From the NCBI GenBank assembly GCA_934772525.1, contig CAKVMI010000003.1, positions 158,418 through 222,417 on the forward strand: a stretch of 64,000 nt of DNA. Direction: 5' to 3'. This DNA is from an uncultured Clostridia bacterium. GTDB taxonomy: Bacteria > Bacillota > Clostridia > Christensenellales > UBA1242. The notes under the pieces were generated by a model. It saw only the letters and a program-made list of their open reading frames with translations, did no database searches and was not told the origin of the DNA. Positions 48,752-58,614 of this stretch are shown piece after piece. How positions within the stretch are numbered: position 1 is the first letter of the stretch; every line of letters begins with the position of its first letter. The translations under genes and the position numbers were made by a program.

Positions 48752-48991
48752 ATGAAAAGACTTTTAATAAAACTTATTTTAGTTTACCAAAAGTTTTCGG
48801 CCCATAAACCTAATAAATGCCGAATGAGTCCAACTTGTTCAAACTATGCAATAGTTGCATTAAATAGATTTGGGGTAATTTCAGGCTCGTGGCTTATTAT
48901 TAAAAGGCTTTTTAGATGTGGTTTTTCACGCGGGGTACAAGTGGATAACGTTCCACACAACATAAAAGGAGATTTTAAATGGCTAATATAA
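48752..48991 (+). CDS. yidD: membrane protein insertion efficiency factor YidD
   Basis: CRMSPTCSNYA and RLFRC motifs. Confidence 0.85.
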   Translation: MKRLLIKLILVYQKFSAHKPNKCRMSPTCSNYAIVALNRFGVISGSWLIIKRLFRCGFSRGVQVDNVPHNIKGDFKWLI

Positions 48992-50106
48992 CCAATCTAC
49001 TATTAGAAGTAGCAAAACCTTCGGGTTGGTGGGCTTCTATATATTACTGGCTAGAAAGTTTTATACTAAACTACGGCTGGACAATTTTAATATTTACAAT
49101 ATTTGTAAAACTACTAATGACCCCGTTAGACTTTTTTAATAGATATTCATCTAGAAAAAATACCTTTATTCAAAAGCGTCTAACCGGTCAAGTTCAAAAA
49201 ATTAACGAAAAATACAAAAACAATCGTGAAAAAGCAAATGCCGAAACTCAAGCACTTTATAAAAGAGAAGGCTACAATATGTTTGGAACTTGTATTTTTT
49301 CGCTTCTAAACATTGTACTAACTTTATTCGTATTTATCTCATTTTTTAACACTCTTCGAAATATAAGTGCATACAAGATGGTAGAACAATACACCATTTT
49401 AGATAGTACCTATACCGAGTGCCAAACCAAAGGCTTAACCAAAGAACAAACAGATGAAATACTTATTCAAAAGTATGATGAAATCTCTAAGGATAACCAC
49501 TGGTTATGGGTTAAAAACATTTGGAAGAACGATTCAAGCGTTTCGATTGTTCCAGATTACACCGCACTAAAAAATGCAACTAGTTCAGCAAGTGACAAAA
49601 AATGGCGTGACACCTATTTTAATTCCGAGAATGAATTATACATTGCCGAAGACCGCTACAACGAAATAATGACACCAATCATAAATGCAAACACGGGTTG
49701 GAACGGTTACTTTATATTAGCAATTCTTGCAGGCGTACTAAGTTTTCTATCTCAGTTTATTGCAGAACTATCCAACAAATCTAAAAAAGCAAAAGATATT
49801 CAATCTTCGTCTCCAACCGATATGCAAATGCAAACTACTATGAAGGTTATGAAACTTATTCTTCCTGCAGTCTCTGTAATCTTTGCATTATCTAACCCAG
49901 CAGCGTTTGGTATCTACCTAATTACAAGTTCACTAATGGGTATTATTACAAACTTCTTAATTGGCTTAATTGTAGCAAAGATGACTAGAAAGGAAGAAGA
50001 CAAATATTTAGCATATCTAGAAAAAGAAGCAATAAATAATTTAAAAAGACAAAAAAAGCAACCACCACAAATGGTAAACTACAAACCAATTATCAAAAAG
50101 TTTTAA
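48979..50106 (+). CDS. yidC: YidC/Oxa1 family membrane insertase
   Basis: Position after yidD, multi-TM, KLLMTPL helix and a basic C-terminal tail. Confidence 0.85.
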   Translation: MANITNLLLEVAKPSGWWASIYYWLESFILNYGWTILIFTIFVKLLMTPLDFFNRYSSRKNTFIQKRLTGQVQKINEKYKNNREKANAETQALYKREGYNMFGTCIFSLLNIVLTLFVFISFFNTLRNISAYKMVEQYTILDSTYTECQTKGLTKEQTDEILIQKYDEISKDNHWLWVKNIWKNDSSVSIVPDYTALKNATSSASDKKWRDTYFNSENELYIAEDRYNEIMTPIINANTGWNGYFILAILAGVLSFLSQFIAELSNKSKKAKDIQSSSPTDMQMQTTMKVMKLILPAVSVIFALSNPAAFGIYLITSSLMGIITNFLIGLIVAKMTRKEEDKYLAYLEKEAINNLKRQKKQPPQMVNYKPIIKKF

Positions 50107-50168
50107 TATAACAAAATAAATTAACTAACTAGTTTAAACCACATTTTTTTAAGTCATAGGAGAAAATT

Positions 50169-50813
50169 ATGAATTCAATAGAAATTTCAGCAAAGAATGT
50201 AGACCAAGCAATAGAAATAGGTCTTTTTAAACTAAATGCAACCCGAGACGATGTAAATATAGTTGTTCTAAACGAAGGCGGTCTTTTTGATAAAGCTAAA
50301 GTTAGAATGGTTCTAAAAAGCGAAGTCGCAAATATGACCGAAGTAGAACAAATTATAGCCGAATTTACCCAAAAGATGGGACTAGAAGTTATTCCTACCG
50401 TTACCGAAACCGAAGACGAAATTTTAGTAGATTACGCTGGAAAAGACTTAGGTTGCATTATTGGTAAACATGGTGACGCGTTAGACGCTCTTCAATATCT
50501 TCTAAATTGCATTTTAAATAAACACAAAAAGCATTCCGAATACAAAAAGGTTAGGGTAGATTGCTCTGGATACCGTGAAAAGCGTGAAGGAACCCTAAAG
50601 GTTTTAGCACATCGTATGGCAGATAAGGCAATTAAGGAACGACGTCCTTCAAAACTAGAACCTATGAACGCATATGAAAGAAAAATAATTCACTTAGCAC
50701 TAGAAGGCAGGGGGGACGTTTCAACCGTTTCTCAAAACGAAGAACCACACCGATACATTACAATCATTCCATCAAATATGGACGAAAAGTATAAGCGAGA
50801 TTTTAACGATTAA
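50169..50813 (+). CDS. khpB: Jag/KhpB RNA-binding protein (KH + R3H)
   Basis: Jag_N start, KH GxxG (IGKHGD) and R3H (YERKIIHLAL). Confidence 0.85.
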   Translation: MNSIEISAKNVDQAIEIGLFKLNATRDDVNIVVLNEGGLFDKAKVRMVLKSEVANMTEVEQIIAEFTQKMGLEVIPTVTETEDEILVDYAGKDLGCIIGKHGDALDALQYLLNCILNKHKKHSEYKKVRVDCSGYREKREGTLKVLAHRMADKAIKERRPSKLEPMNAYERKIIHLALEGRGDVSTVSQNEEPHRYITIIPSNMDEKYKRDFND

Positions 50814-50832
50814 TTTTTATTCGCTACTTTCA

Positions 50833-50868
50833 AGTAACCACTTAAAGATTTAAGTTGGTTACTTTTTT
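50833..50868 (+). terminator. rpmH-operon terminator
   Basis: AGTAACCACTT...AAGTTGGTTACT followed by TTTTTT. Confidence 0.7.
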
Positions 50869-52290
50869 ATGCTTAAAAATTCCCTTCGTTTTATTATTTT
50901 TTACCGCCTTTATTAAGCCATTTAGTGTAATTGTTTTAACTTATTTAAAATCTATTCGAAGATTTTTCGTTTAATAAATTTATTAATTAAAACCCACAAA
51001 ACCCAGTGTCAATTTTGGAAAAATATTAACTTTTATTATTCGTTTAATCTATCATTTTTACACTTTGCACCACCCTTAATTACCGCTATTAATTTTGTTT
51101 TGAATAATTTATCGTCCAATCTTACACTCGTCAAAACGGGGCTATTTTAACGCTGATTTGATTTGTAGATAACTTTAACATAAGTACTTTTATGGCTTTG
51201 ATGTATCCAAGATTTGTAAAATAAATTCTTTTTTATTATAACTGATTTTATCCGGTTTTTAACTTCTTTAAGTTTCTCTTTTTTTTGTTAAAAAACTTCT
51301 CTTTATTCGATAGCGTTTATCTAGTTTTAATGGCTTCAGAGTTTCTTTAATCACCAATAATTAATATTTTTAATCTGGACATTTCTTTCAATTTTTTGTA
51401 CTTTAATGCAACTAGATTTTGTTGTAAAAATATTTTGTTTTAACAAAGTTTATCTTGTTTTTGGCATTAGTGTTTCTATGTTTACCAGACATTTATTGGT
51501 AACTAAGACAATTTTTGGTATTAAAACTGTGGGCTGTTTTTTTTCCTTTAAATTGTCTATTATTGCGTTCATTTGTTAGTATTCGTCCATTTGTATCTAA
51601 TCGTCATTTGTGTTCTTGAAAAGCTTTCTTTATTCCCGGGAAGAAAGAATTTAGCGTGGGGTTTAAATGTAAGTTGGCATTTTTTTGCTTCCTTACGCTT
51701 TTTACTTAGTTAAGTTTAAAGTGCTTAAACGAAAATTTTTGCCCCTAAATCTTAACTATTTGCATTGTATCATACACTAGTTTCTTTTGCACGAAATTGT
51801 GTCACTTTTTATTTCACATAACGCTCAAACCCTTTATTTTAAAGGGAAAAAAGTTTTTGCAATATTTTATAAATTAATTAATTATTTAATAAAATATGCA
51901 TTCTAGCGTTTTTATTAGTTGCACAGTAAAAGTAATTAGTTCCTATAATTTTTAACTTTTGCAATAGTTCATTTACTCTCTTTATTTACATACTCTTCTT
52001 TTGGAATTCAAATACAATTTTAGAAACAATTTTAGAACTCATTTAATAAACTCTCTCCATAACTTTACTTTTTGGAACTAAAAAATGAAGATAGTATTTT
52101 TGTCACGCATTTTATTATGCAAGTTTAAAATTGCTATCCCTTCGTTAATTTTCTTTAAACCAAACTACTATTCACTTTTAAAACTCTCAAAAACTTTTCT
52201 TCTTTTTCTTTTTCTTATATCTTTTTCTTTTAACTTCTTTTATTATATATATTTTTATTTTTTTTATAAGGTTTTTTATTTATAGGTTTA

Positions 52291-52380
52291 CAGATTTTGA
52301 CAGATTTTGCCCATTTTTGCCAGTTTTTGCCCATTTTCGTCAGATTTTGCCCATTTTCGTCAGTTTTTGTCCATTTTCGT
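52291..52380. repeat. nine consecutive 10-bp units (4.5 copies of the 20-mer CAGWTTTTGCCCATTTTCGT) with exactly phased T-tracts
   Basis: cagattttga cagattttgc ccatttttgc cagtttttgc ccattttcgt cagattttgc ccattttcgt cagtttttgt ccattttcgt. Confidence 0.85.
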
Positions 52381-53081
52381 TCAATGGTATTTTTTATTTT
52401 CTCAAAAAATTTATCAAAATTTATAATTTCAAATATTTTTTCAATTCATCTAAAAATTTAAATTAGCGTCAAAATTAATTTGTTTTTAAAAATCATACAT
52501 CAATAATTTATTCAAATCAATACAAAAAAAACGATTTATTAAATGTGGTGCAAAATTTAAAAACTTATAAACTAATTTTCAATAATATTTTTAACCGCTG
52601 TTAAAATTCCACTAATCAAAATTATTTTAAAATTAACTGCCACATTTTTTATATTCAAATTTCATTCTTAACAACAATACAATTTTTACTACATATCTGA
52701 ATTTATCATTTAATCAATTTTTATAAAAAACATTTCACAGATTGTAAATTACCAATTCCATTTCCTAAAAATCCACACAATATTTACCCATTAGTTTACA
52801 TATATTTTATTTTTTTTACCAATCATTAGCTTCATCATTTTTATTTCATACCAATCATTAGCTCATATATTATATATAAAAATAATAGTTCAAGTCCAAA
52901 ATAATTTATGGCTTTCGTGGGGTTTTACTGACTATTTTTGACCTTTCTAAACTTATAAATTTTATCCACTTTTATGTTGAAAAAATGTTGAAAACCTAAG
53001 ATAATTTTTCAGTAAAACAAGTTGTAATTTCATTCACTTTTTTAACAATTCATTATACTATTTTTATAAAAATTTCATCAC

Positions 53082-53113
53082 AAAAAAATAGGTAATAGGA
53101 TTGTCCTATTACC
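53082..53113 (-). terminator. terminator of the 53188 membrane-protein gene / dnaA-dnaN unit
   Basis: Perfect 10-bp stem GGTAATAGGA-TTG-TCCTATTACC, followed by a U-run on the minus strand. Confidence 0.6.
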
Positions 53114-53187
53114 AAAATAAAAAAACTTTTACTAATTTTTTTACGCCAATTTCAATTTAAACTAATTTCACCAAAGCGCATTTTTTA

Positions 53188-53868
53188 TTATTCTGCTGGT
53201 TCTACATCAATTAAACATGCGTTTATAATTTTTTTATCTCCCTTTAGTGATAGATAAAACACAATGTTTATAATAATAGAACCCACTCCGGCGTACAAGC
53301 AATTTAAAGCAACCTTACCAAATAAGTAAAAGCCTGTCTCAAATATAAGCGAAACTAAATACTTCACAAGTTCAATTATAAACGCTCCAGCAATAGTAAA
53401 TACAAATGCAAAAATACATACAACAATTGCTTTTGCTTTTACTCTATTGCTCTCATTTTTTAGGTAATTGTAATATACCGAAACCCCGATAATTGCAAGC
53501 ATTAAGCCTATTAACATACTAGCAAACAAGTTCAACACAAAGTAGTTATATAGCCCAAAAATATTAAACACATTCAAAAGCATAAATATTGCAATATAAA
53601 ACCCAATCGCAAGCCAATCTTTTAAGTTCACCCTTTTATTTTTAATTAAATAACTAAAAAGGTATAAACACAACGCAGTCACAAGCGAAAACACAAAACT
53701 TTTAACCATTCCTTTAGCGAATATGTTAGAAGTATGACTTATAACCGCCACATTAGACATTATTGCAATCAATAAATCAAGTGCAAACAAAAGACCCAAA
53801 ATTGTTAAAAGCACAATTTCAGATGAATCAAACAACTTTTCTTCAAGTTTGCCACTACGATTACTCAT
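53188..53868 (-). CDS. polytopic membrane protein, function unknown
   Basis: About six TMs. The ATG at 53868 (MSNRSGK) follows a GGGGA RBS; the track start at 53955 is unlikely. Confidence 0.55.
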   Translation of the reverse strand: MSNRSGKLEEKLFDSSEIVLLTILGLLFALDLLIAIMSNVAVISHTSNIFAKGMVKSFVFSLVTALCLYLFSYLIKNKRVNLKDWLAIGFYIAIFMLLNVFNIFGLYNYFVLNLFASMLIGLMLAIIGVSVYYNYLKNESNRVKAKAIVVCIFAFVFTIAGAFIIELVKYLVSLIFETGFYLFGKVALNCLYAGVGSIIINIVFYLSLKGDKKIINACLIDVEPAE

Positions 53869-54429
53869 GTTTTTGTTTTCCCCACTATTATTTTGCCAAA
53901 AGATAACCTTTTTAATTTTAAATAATAAATTTTGAACCAAAAAAATATAACTCAAAAGTTACTCTTAAAATTAAAAATTCTTTTAGAATTCACAACAAAT
54001 TACCACTTTAGCATTAAGCGGAAGATGGGGAATAGTTATTCCACAAGTTCCACTTTCTTTTTTTAAGTGTAACCTAAGTATAATCTAAAAAAATTTTTTG
54101 TAAAGGTTTTTTTAACACCAATTCCATTTTCTGTTAAAATAGACGAATTTTGGACATTTTAAAATAATTTTTATTTTTTTGTTGACAAATTTTATTTTCT
54201 GAAGTTTTCAACACTTTTTCAACACCCACTTTAAAAGTGTTCAAAACTGAGCACTTTTTAGATTGCGGAGGCTCTCAGACGATTTGTGGTAGAATTTTTA
54301 ATATTAAAAAATTATATTTATAATATAATTGCACCATTAAATTTTGAGAGAGATTGTTCTAGCGTTAACTTTTTTCGATTTAATTTTAATAATTTAACAG
54401 TCACTTGTCAAGTTGTTAAAATTAATCAC

Positions 54430-54461
54430 AAAAAAACCCGAAGGGTTAATTTCCTTCGGGG
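54430..54461 (-). terminator. dnaN terminator
   Basis: CCCGAAGG...CCTTCGGG stem, then U7 on the minus strand. Confidence 0.7.
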
Positions 54462-54478
54462 TAACTTAATCATTTTTT

Positions 54479-55582
54479 TTAGTTTACAATTCGTACTGGT
54501 AAAATCAAATATAAGTACTCACTATTTTCAGTAGCAGTAATTGTACAAGGAGCAATAGGAGAAGTAAAGTTAATGTTTACATATTCATCACTAATGCTTT
54601 TTAAACTTTCACTAAAGTATCTTGCGTTAAATGCAACCGTCAATTCTTTACCTTTTGTGTTAATAGAAATCTTTTCGGTAATGTTTCCAAGGTCAGATGA
54701 ACTTGATACACTCATAATGTCTTCTTTTATATCAAAAGTAATCAAATTGTTCTTATTTAATCTTGCAAGTAAACTTGCTCTTTCAATAGCTTCTTCCAAA
54801 AATCTCTTAGCAACGGTAACAACTGTTGTAGTAGATACCGGAATAACTTGCTTGTAGTTAATAAAATCACCATCAAGTAATCTTGTTATAATCTTTGTTT
54901 CGTCTACATTAATCAAAATGTAATTCTTTTGAATGAAGATTTCAATTTCTTCATCATCATCGCCAATAATTTTACTAATCTCAGCTAAACTTCTTGCTGG
55001 GCAGATAAATGTAAATGATGAAGTGCTTCTAATTGGCTTAGAGCAAACCGCCATTCTATATCCGTCTAGAGCAATACCCGTTATTTTATCTGGAGTAACT
55101 TCCATAAGTACACCCTTTAAAATTGGTCTTGCGTCATCATAAGATGCTGAGAAAATTGTTTTTGCTATCAAATCTCTAAAATCATTTTGCTTAATTTTAA
55201 TAGAATCTGCATTTTCAATCTTTTTAATTTCTGGAAATTCACTTACTGGTAAACTTTGTAAGTAACCTTCAGAGTCGGTATATTTAATTTTTATTTTATT
55301 TTCATCTGGATTTTTTGTAATTTCGATTTTTTCGTTGTTTAACTTCTTTATAAGTTCAGCAAAGAACCTACCAGCAACAACCGTTTCACCTTCAATCTTT
55401 ACATCTGCTACAATACGTTTTTCAATACTAAGTTCCAAGTCAGTAGCTTGTAATGTTAGTACATCATTTTCAGCTTTTAGTTTAATGCCTTCTAAAATTG
55501 GATTTGTAGACCTAATAGCAGTTGCTTTTAAAACAGTATTTACTGCTTCACTAAGTTCAAATCCGTCACAAATCAGTTTCAT
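54479..55582 (-). CDS. dnaN: DNA polymerase III beta sliding clamp
   Basis: 367 aa, three-domain collinearity, MKLICDGFELSEAVNTV start and position after dnaA. Confidence 0.95.
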   Translation of the reverse strand: MKLICDGFELSEAVNTVLKATAIRSTNPILEGIKLKAENDVLTLQATDLELSIEKRIVADVKIEGETVVAGRFFAELIKKLNNEKIEITKNPDENKIKIKYTDSEGYLQSLPVSEFPEIKKIENADSIKIKQNDFRDLIAKTIFSASYDDARPILKGVLMEVTPDKITGIALDGYRMAVCSKPIRSTSSFTFICPARSLAEISKIIGDDDEEIEIFIQKNYILINVDETKIITRLLDGDFINYKQVIPVSTTTVVTVAKRFLEEAIERASLLARLNKNNLITFDIKEDIMSVSSSSDLGNITEKISINTKGKELTVAFNARYFSESLKSISDEYVNINFTSPIAPCTITATENSEYLYLILPVRIVN

Positions 55583-55787
55583 TTGTTTTCTCCTTTATAT
55601 ATAACAATTTATTTTTATTTTTTAGTTAGTAATAGTAATAGTAGGGAGTGTTGAAATGTTGAAATCTAGCTCTATCCCTTTATTTTAAATGATTTTTGAG
55701 ACTAAAAACTATGTTAAAAACTTTTTAAACTTTTTAACACTATGTTAAAAACTTGTTTAAAAACTAATTTTCAAAGAACAACTTTAC

Positions 55788-57188
55788 CTAATCTAACTTA
55801 GCACCGCAAAGTCCTTTAATATCCTTAATTTGCGTTTCTAGTAATTTATTTGTTTTAAGTTCGCTTGCCACCTTATTTTTACAATAAATAACGGTTGCAT
55901 GGTCCTTTCCAAATATCTTACCAATAGAAGTATACGGCATATTCATCAGTTCGTCAAGTAGATACATCGCAATTTGTCTTGCATATGATAATTCCTTTCT
56001 TCTATCCTTGCCAAGTAGTTGGTTTTTACTAATTTCAAAATAAGAACAAACTTTTTCTAAAATTTTATCACTATCATACGTAACCTTTGTAACAGTTATG
56101 TAATTTTTTAGTGCTTCTTTTGCTACATCAATTGTCACTTTTGGCTTTTTTAGTAGCCCCGCATAAAATACACATCTAGATAAAAAGCCTTCAAGTTCCC
56201 TAACATTACTAGTCATAGCTTCCGAAATATATTGCAAAACTTCATCATCTACAACTTGTCGGTCTATTATGCACTTTTTCTTCAAAATCGCAATTCTGGT
56301 TTCTATCTCCGGCACTCCAATATCGGTAATTAAACCCCATTCAAACCTACTTCTAAGCCTTTCTTCTAGTGGGTTAATTTCCTTTGGTGGTCTATCCGAA
56401 CTTAACACAATTTGCTTATTTTGACTAGTTAGTGCATTAAATGTGTGGAAAAATTCTTCTTGTACTCTAGGTTTTCCAATAATAGATTGCACGTCATCAA
56501 CAATTAATACATCGGCATTTCTATACTTGTTTCTAAACCCGGAGTTCAAATTTAACTCATTTTTACCAACCGTTTCAATAAACTCGTTGGTAAATTGCTC
56601 GGTTGTTACATAAACAACATTAAGTTCAGGTTTATTTTCGGTAATGTAATTGCCAATTGCATGTAAAATGTGTGTTTTTCCAAGACCAACACCACCATAA
56701 ACAAACAGTGGGTTGTAATTAGTACCAGGGTTTTCGGCAACCGCCTTTGCAGCAGCTACTGTAAACTCGTTACTCGGACCTACAACATAGTTGTCAAAAG
56801 TAAATTTCGGGTTAAAAGCGTAAGAATTTGCTCTTTTTGGCTTTTTAGTTGCCTTAATTACATCACTTTTCTCAAGCAATTCCTTTTCCTTCATAGTTTC
56901 GGTGTAATTTTCATCACCTTCTACCACAATTTCAAAAGAATTTACTTCATTTGTAACTTCTCTTATTGAACTCGTTATAATGTCAACATAACTCTTATTA
57001 ATTACCGACTTTGCACCCTCAGTTTTAGAACGAAGTATCAGAGCATCACCACGTACCATAACAGGTTCTAATACCTTTATCCACACATCAAACGTCAGTG
57101 CAGAAGTTTTCGAAACTATTACTTCTTTGGCATCTTCCCAAATTTTTACATAGTCGATAGAGTTAGATTTTGCTTTTGTTTTCTTCAT
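55788..57188 (-). CDS. dnaA: chromosomal replication initiator DnaA
   Basis: Walker A GGVGLGKTH, box VII and domain IV KDHATVIY. The ATG at 57188 (MKKTKAK) is preferred over the upstream track start. Confidence 0.95.
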   Translation of the reverse strand: MKKTKAKSNSIDYVKIWEDAKEVIVSKTSALTFDVWIKVLEPVMVRGDALILRSKTEGAKSVINKSYVDIITSSIREVTNEVNSFEIVVEGDENYTETMKEKELLEKSDVIKATKKPKRANSYAFNPKFTFDNYVVGPSNEFTVAAAKAVAENPGTNYNPLFVYGGVGLGKTHILHAIGNYITENKPELNVVYVTTEQFTNEFIETVGKNELNLNSGFRNKYRNADVLIVDDVQSIIGKPRVQEEFFHTFNALTSQNKQIVLSSDRPPKEINPLEERLRSRFEWGLITDIGVPEIETRIAILKKKCIIDRQVVDDEVLQYISEAMTSNVRELEGFLSRCVFYAGLLKKPKVTIDVAKEALKNYITVTKVTYDSDKILEKVCSYFEISKNQLLGKDRRKELSYARQIAMYLLDELMNMPYTSIGKIFGKDHATVIYCKNKVASELKTNKLLETQIKDIKGLCGAKLD

Positions 57189-57840
57189 TTTACCTATCCT
57201 TAAATCTACTCTACTATTATTATAATTTATATTTTTAATATAAATACTTGCATTTAAAAACAACTAAATACAAAAAATAAATTAATAATAATTATAAATA
57301 TTATAAACTAATTTGCCAGATTTTGCAAGTACTAGTGTACATTTTATCTGACCTTTTGCATTAATCTTTTTAAATCTCTTGCATAAAAAAAACGTTATTA
57401 ACTTGCGTTACAAAAACCTTTTCATCAAATCATTACCAAATTTTATTAACTTACTATATAATTAATTTTTATATTAATTATAAATAAAATTAATATAATA
57501 AAAAAATTTTTCCCGTGCAATAAATTGCATTTGCAATATAAAAAATATATATATATTATTATAAAATGCACTTATCCGTAAATCAAATCATCATTTGTTT
57601 TATAAATTATATTTATATTAATATATAATACGCTTGTCCGTGTTATAAGTTATTTTTATATTATATTAAATATTAATTAATTTTTAACGGCAGTTGTGCT
57701 TGTTGCGTAATAAGTGTAAGCATATAAAACTATTTACTTATAATTTTATTTTTTAATTTAAATAACTATTAATAAATAATATAAATATTATTTATAGTTA
57801 TATATATATTATAATAGTTATAATATTGATATTTTATTTA

Positions 57841-57890
57841 ATAAAAATCTGCCCCCAATATCAATATAAAAATCCGCCCCCAATATCAAT
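57841..57890. repeat. two tandem 25-bp copies of ATAAAAATC(T/C)GCCCCCAATATCAAT
   Basis: Read directly; there is one mismatch between the copies. Confidence 0.9.
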
Positions 57891-58406
57891 TGCATAATCA
57901 GGCGTATGCATACACACTCACACCTAAAATTAATATTACGCGTACGCATACTCACACACGCGTATAATTAATTTTACACACACGCATGCGTACACACACC
58001 CCTAATAATAATATCACGCATGAACATACTCACGCACACATACACGCTCCTAATAACAATTACTAGGCATATGCGTACATACACGCCTAATATTAATATT
58101 ACACGTACGCCTAAACGCATGCACCTAAAAATAATATTAGATGCACCCGCCTAGTAATAATACTAGACGCGCACCCGTTTATAATAATTAATACTAGGAG
58201 TGCATACACGTATACGCCCCTAAAATTAACATTACGCATACGAAAGCACGCACGCCCCTAAAAATAATATTAGGCGTACCCGCCTAGTATCAATACTAGA
58301 TGCATACGTGCGCATACGCTCCTAATAATAAATACTAGGCACGCCCACGCATACCCGCCCCTAATAATAAATACTAGGCACGCGCACGTACGTACGCCCC
58401 TAATTA
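57891..58406. repeat. degenerate array of 13 units: CCTA-AT-rich palindrome-TAGG alternating with G+C-rich purine/pyrimidine-alternating tracts
   Basis: CCTA anchors lie at about 57922, 57999, 58048, 58086, 58110, 58124, 58150, 58218, 58257, 58283, 58320, 58359 and 58398. The last four are regularly spaced at 37-39 bp. Confidence 0.8.
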
Positions 58407-58614
58407 TTATTATTTATTATATATTGTATTTATTAACATAAAGTCCATAATTCACTGTGGAAAAGTTTTATTTTTATAAAGTTTTCAACAATTTTTAAAC
58501 GATTGTTAAAAATAATTTTCAGTAAAATTAAATCTATAAAATACAAAAAATAGTTGTTTATTTTTTATAAAAATTATAAAATAATTATACTTAAAAAAAC
58601 TCAAGGAAATTACA

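Noticed and set aside
52085-52285. 66-aa ORF in the 2.4-kb desert.
   Set aside because: It is the translation of a polypyrimidine/T-rich tract (FLFLISFSFNFFYYIYFYFF) and has no RBS.
57891-58406. Possible CRISPR array, since it shows palindromic repeats with variable intervening sequence and the last units are spaced 37-39 bp apart.
   Set aside because: The repeats are only about 17-20 bp and degenerate. The intervening 8-25 bp are low-complexity RY tracts rather than unique spacers. Spacing is irregular in the first two-thirds, and no cas genes or leader are present in the window.
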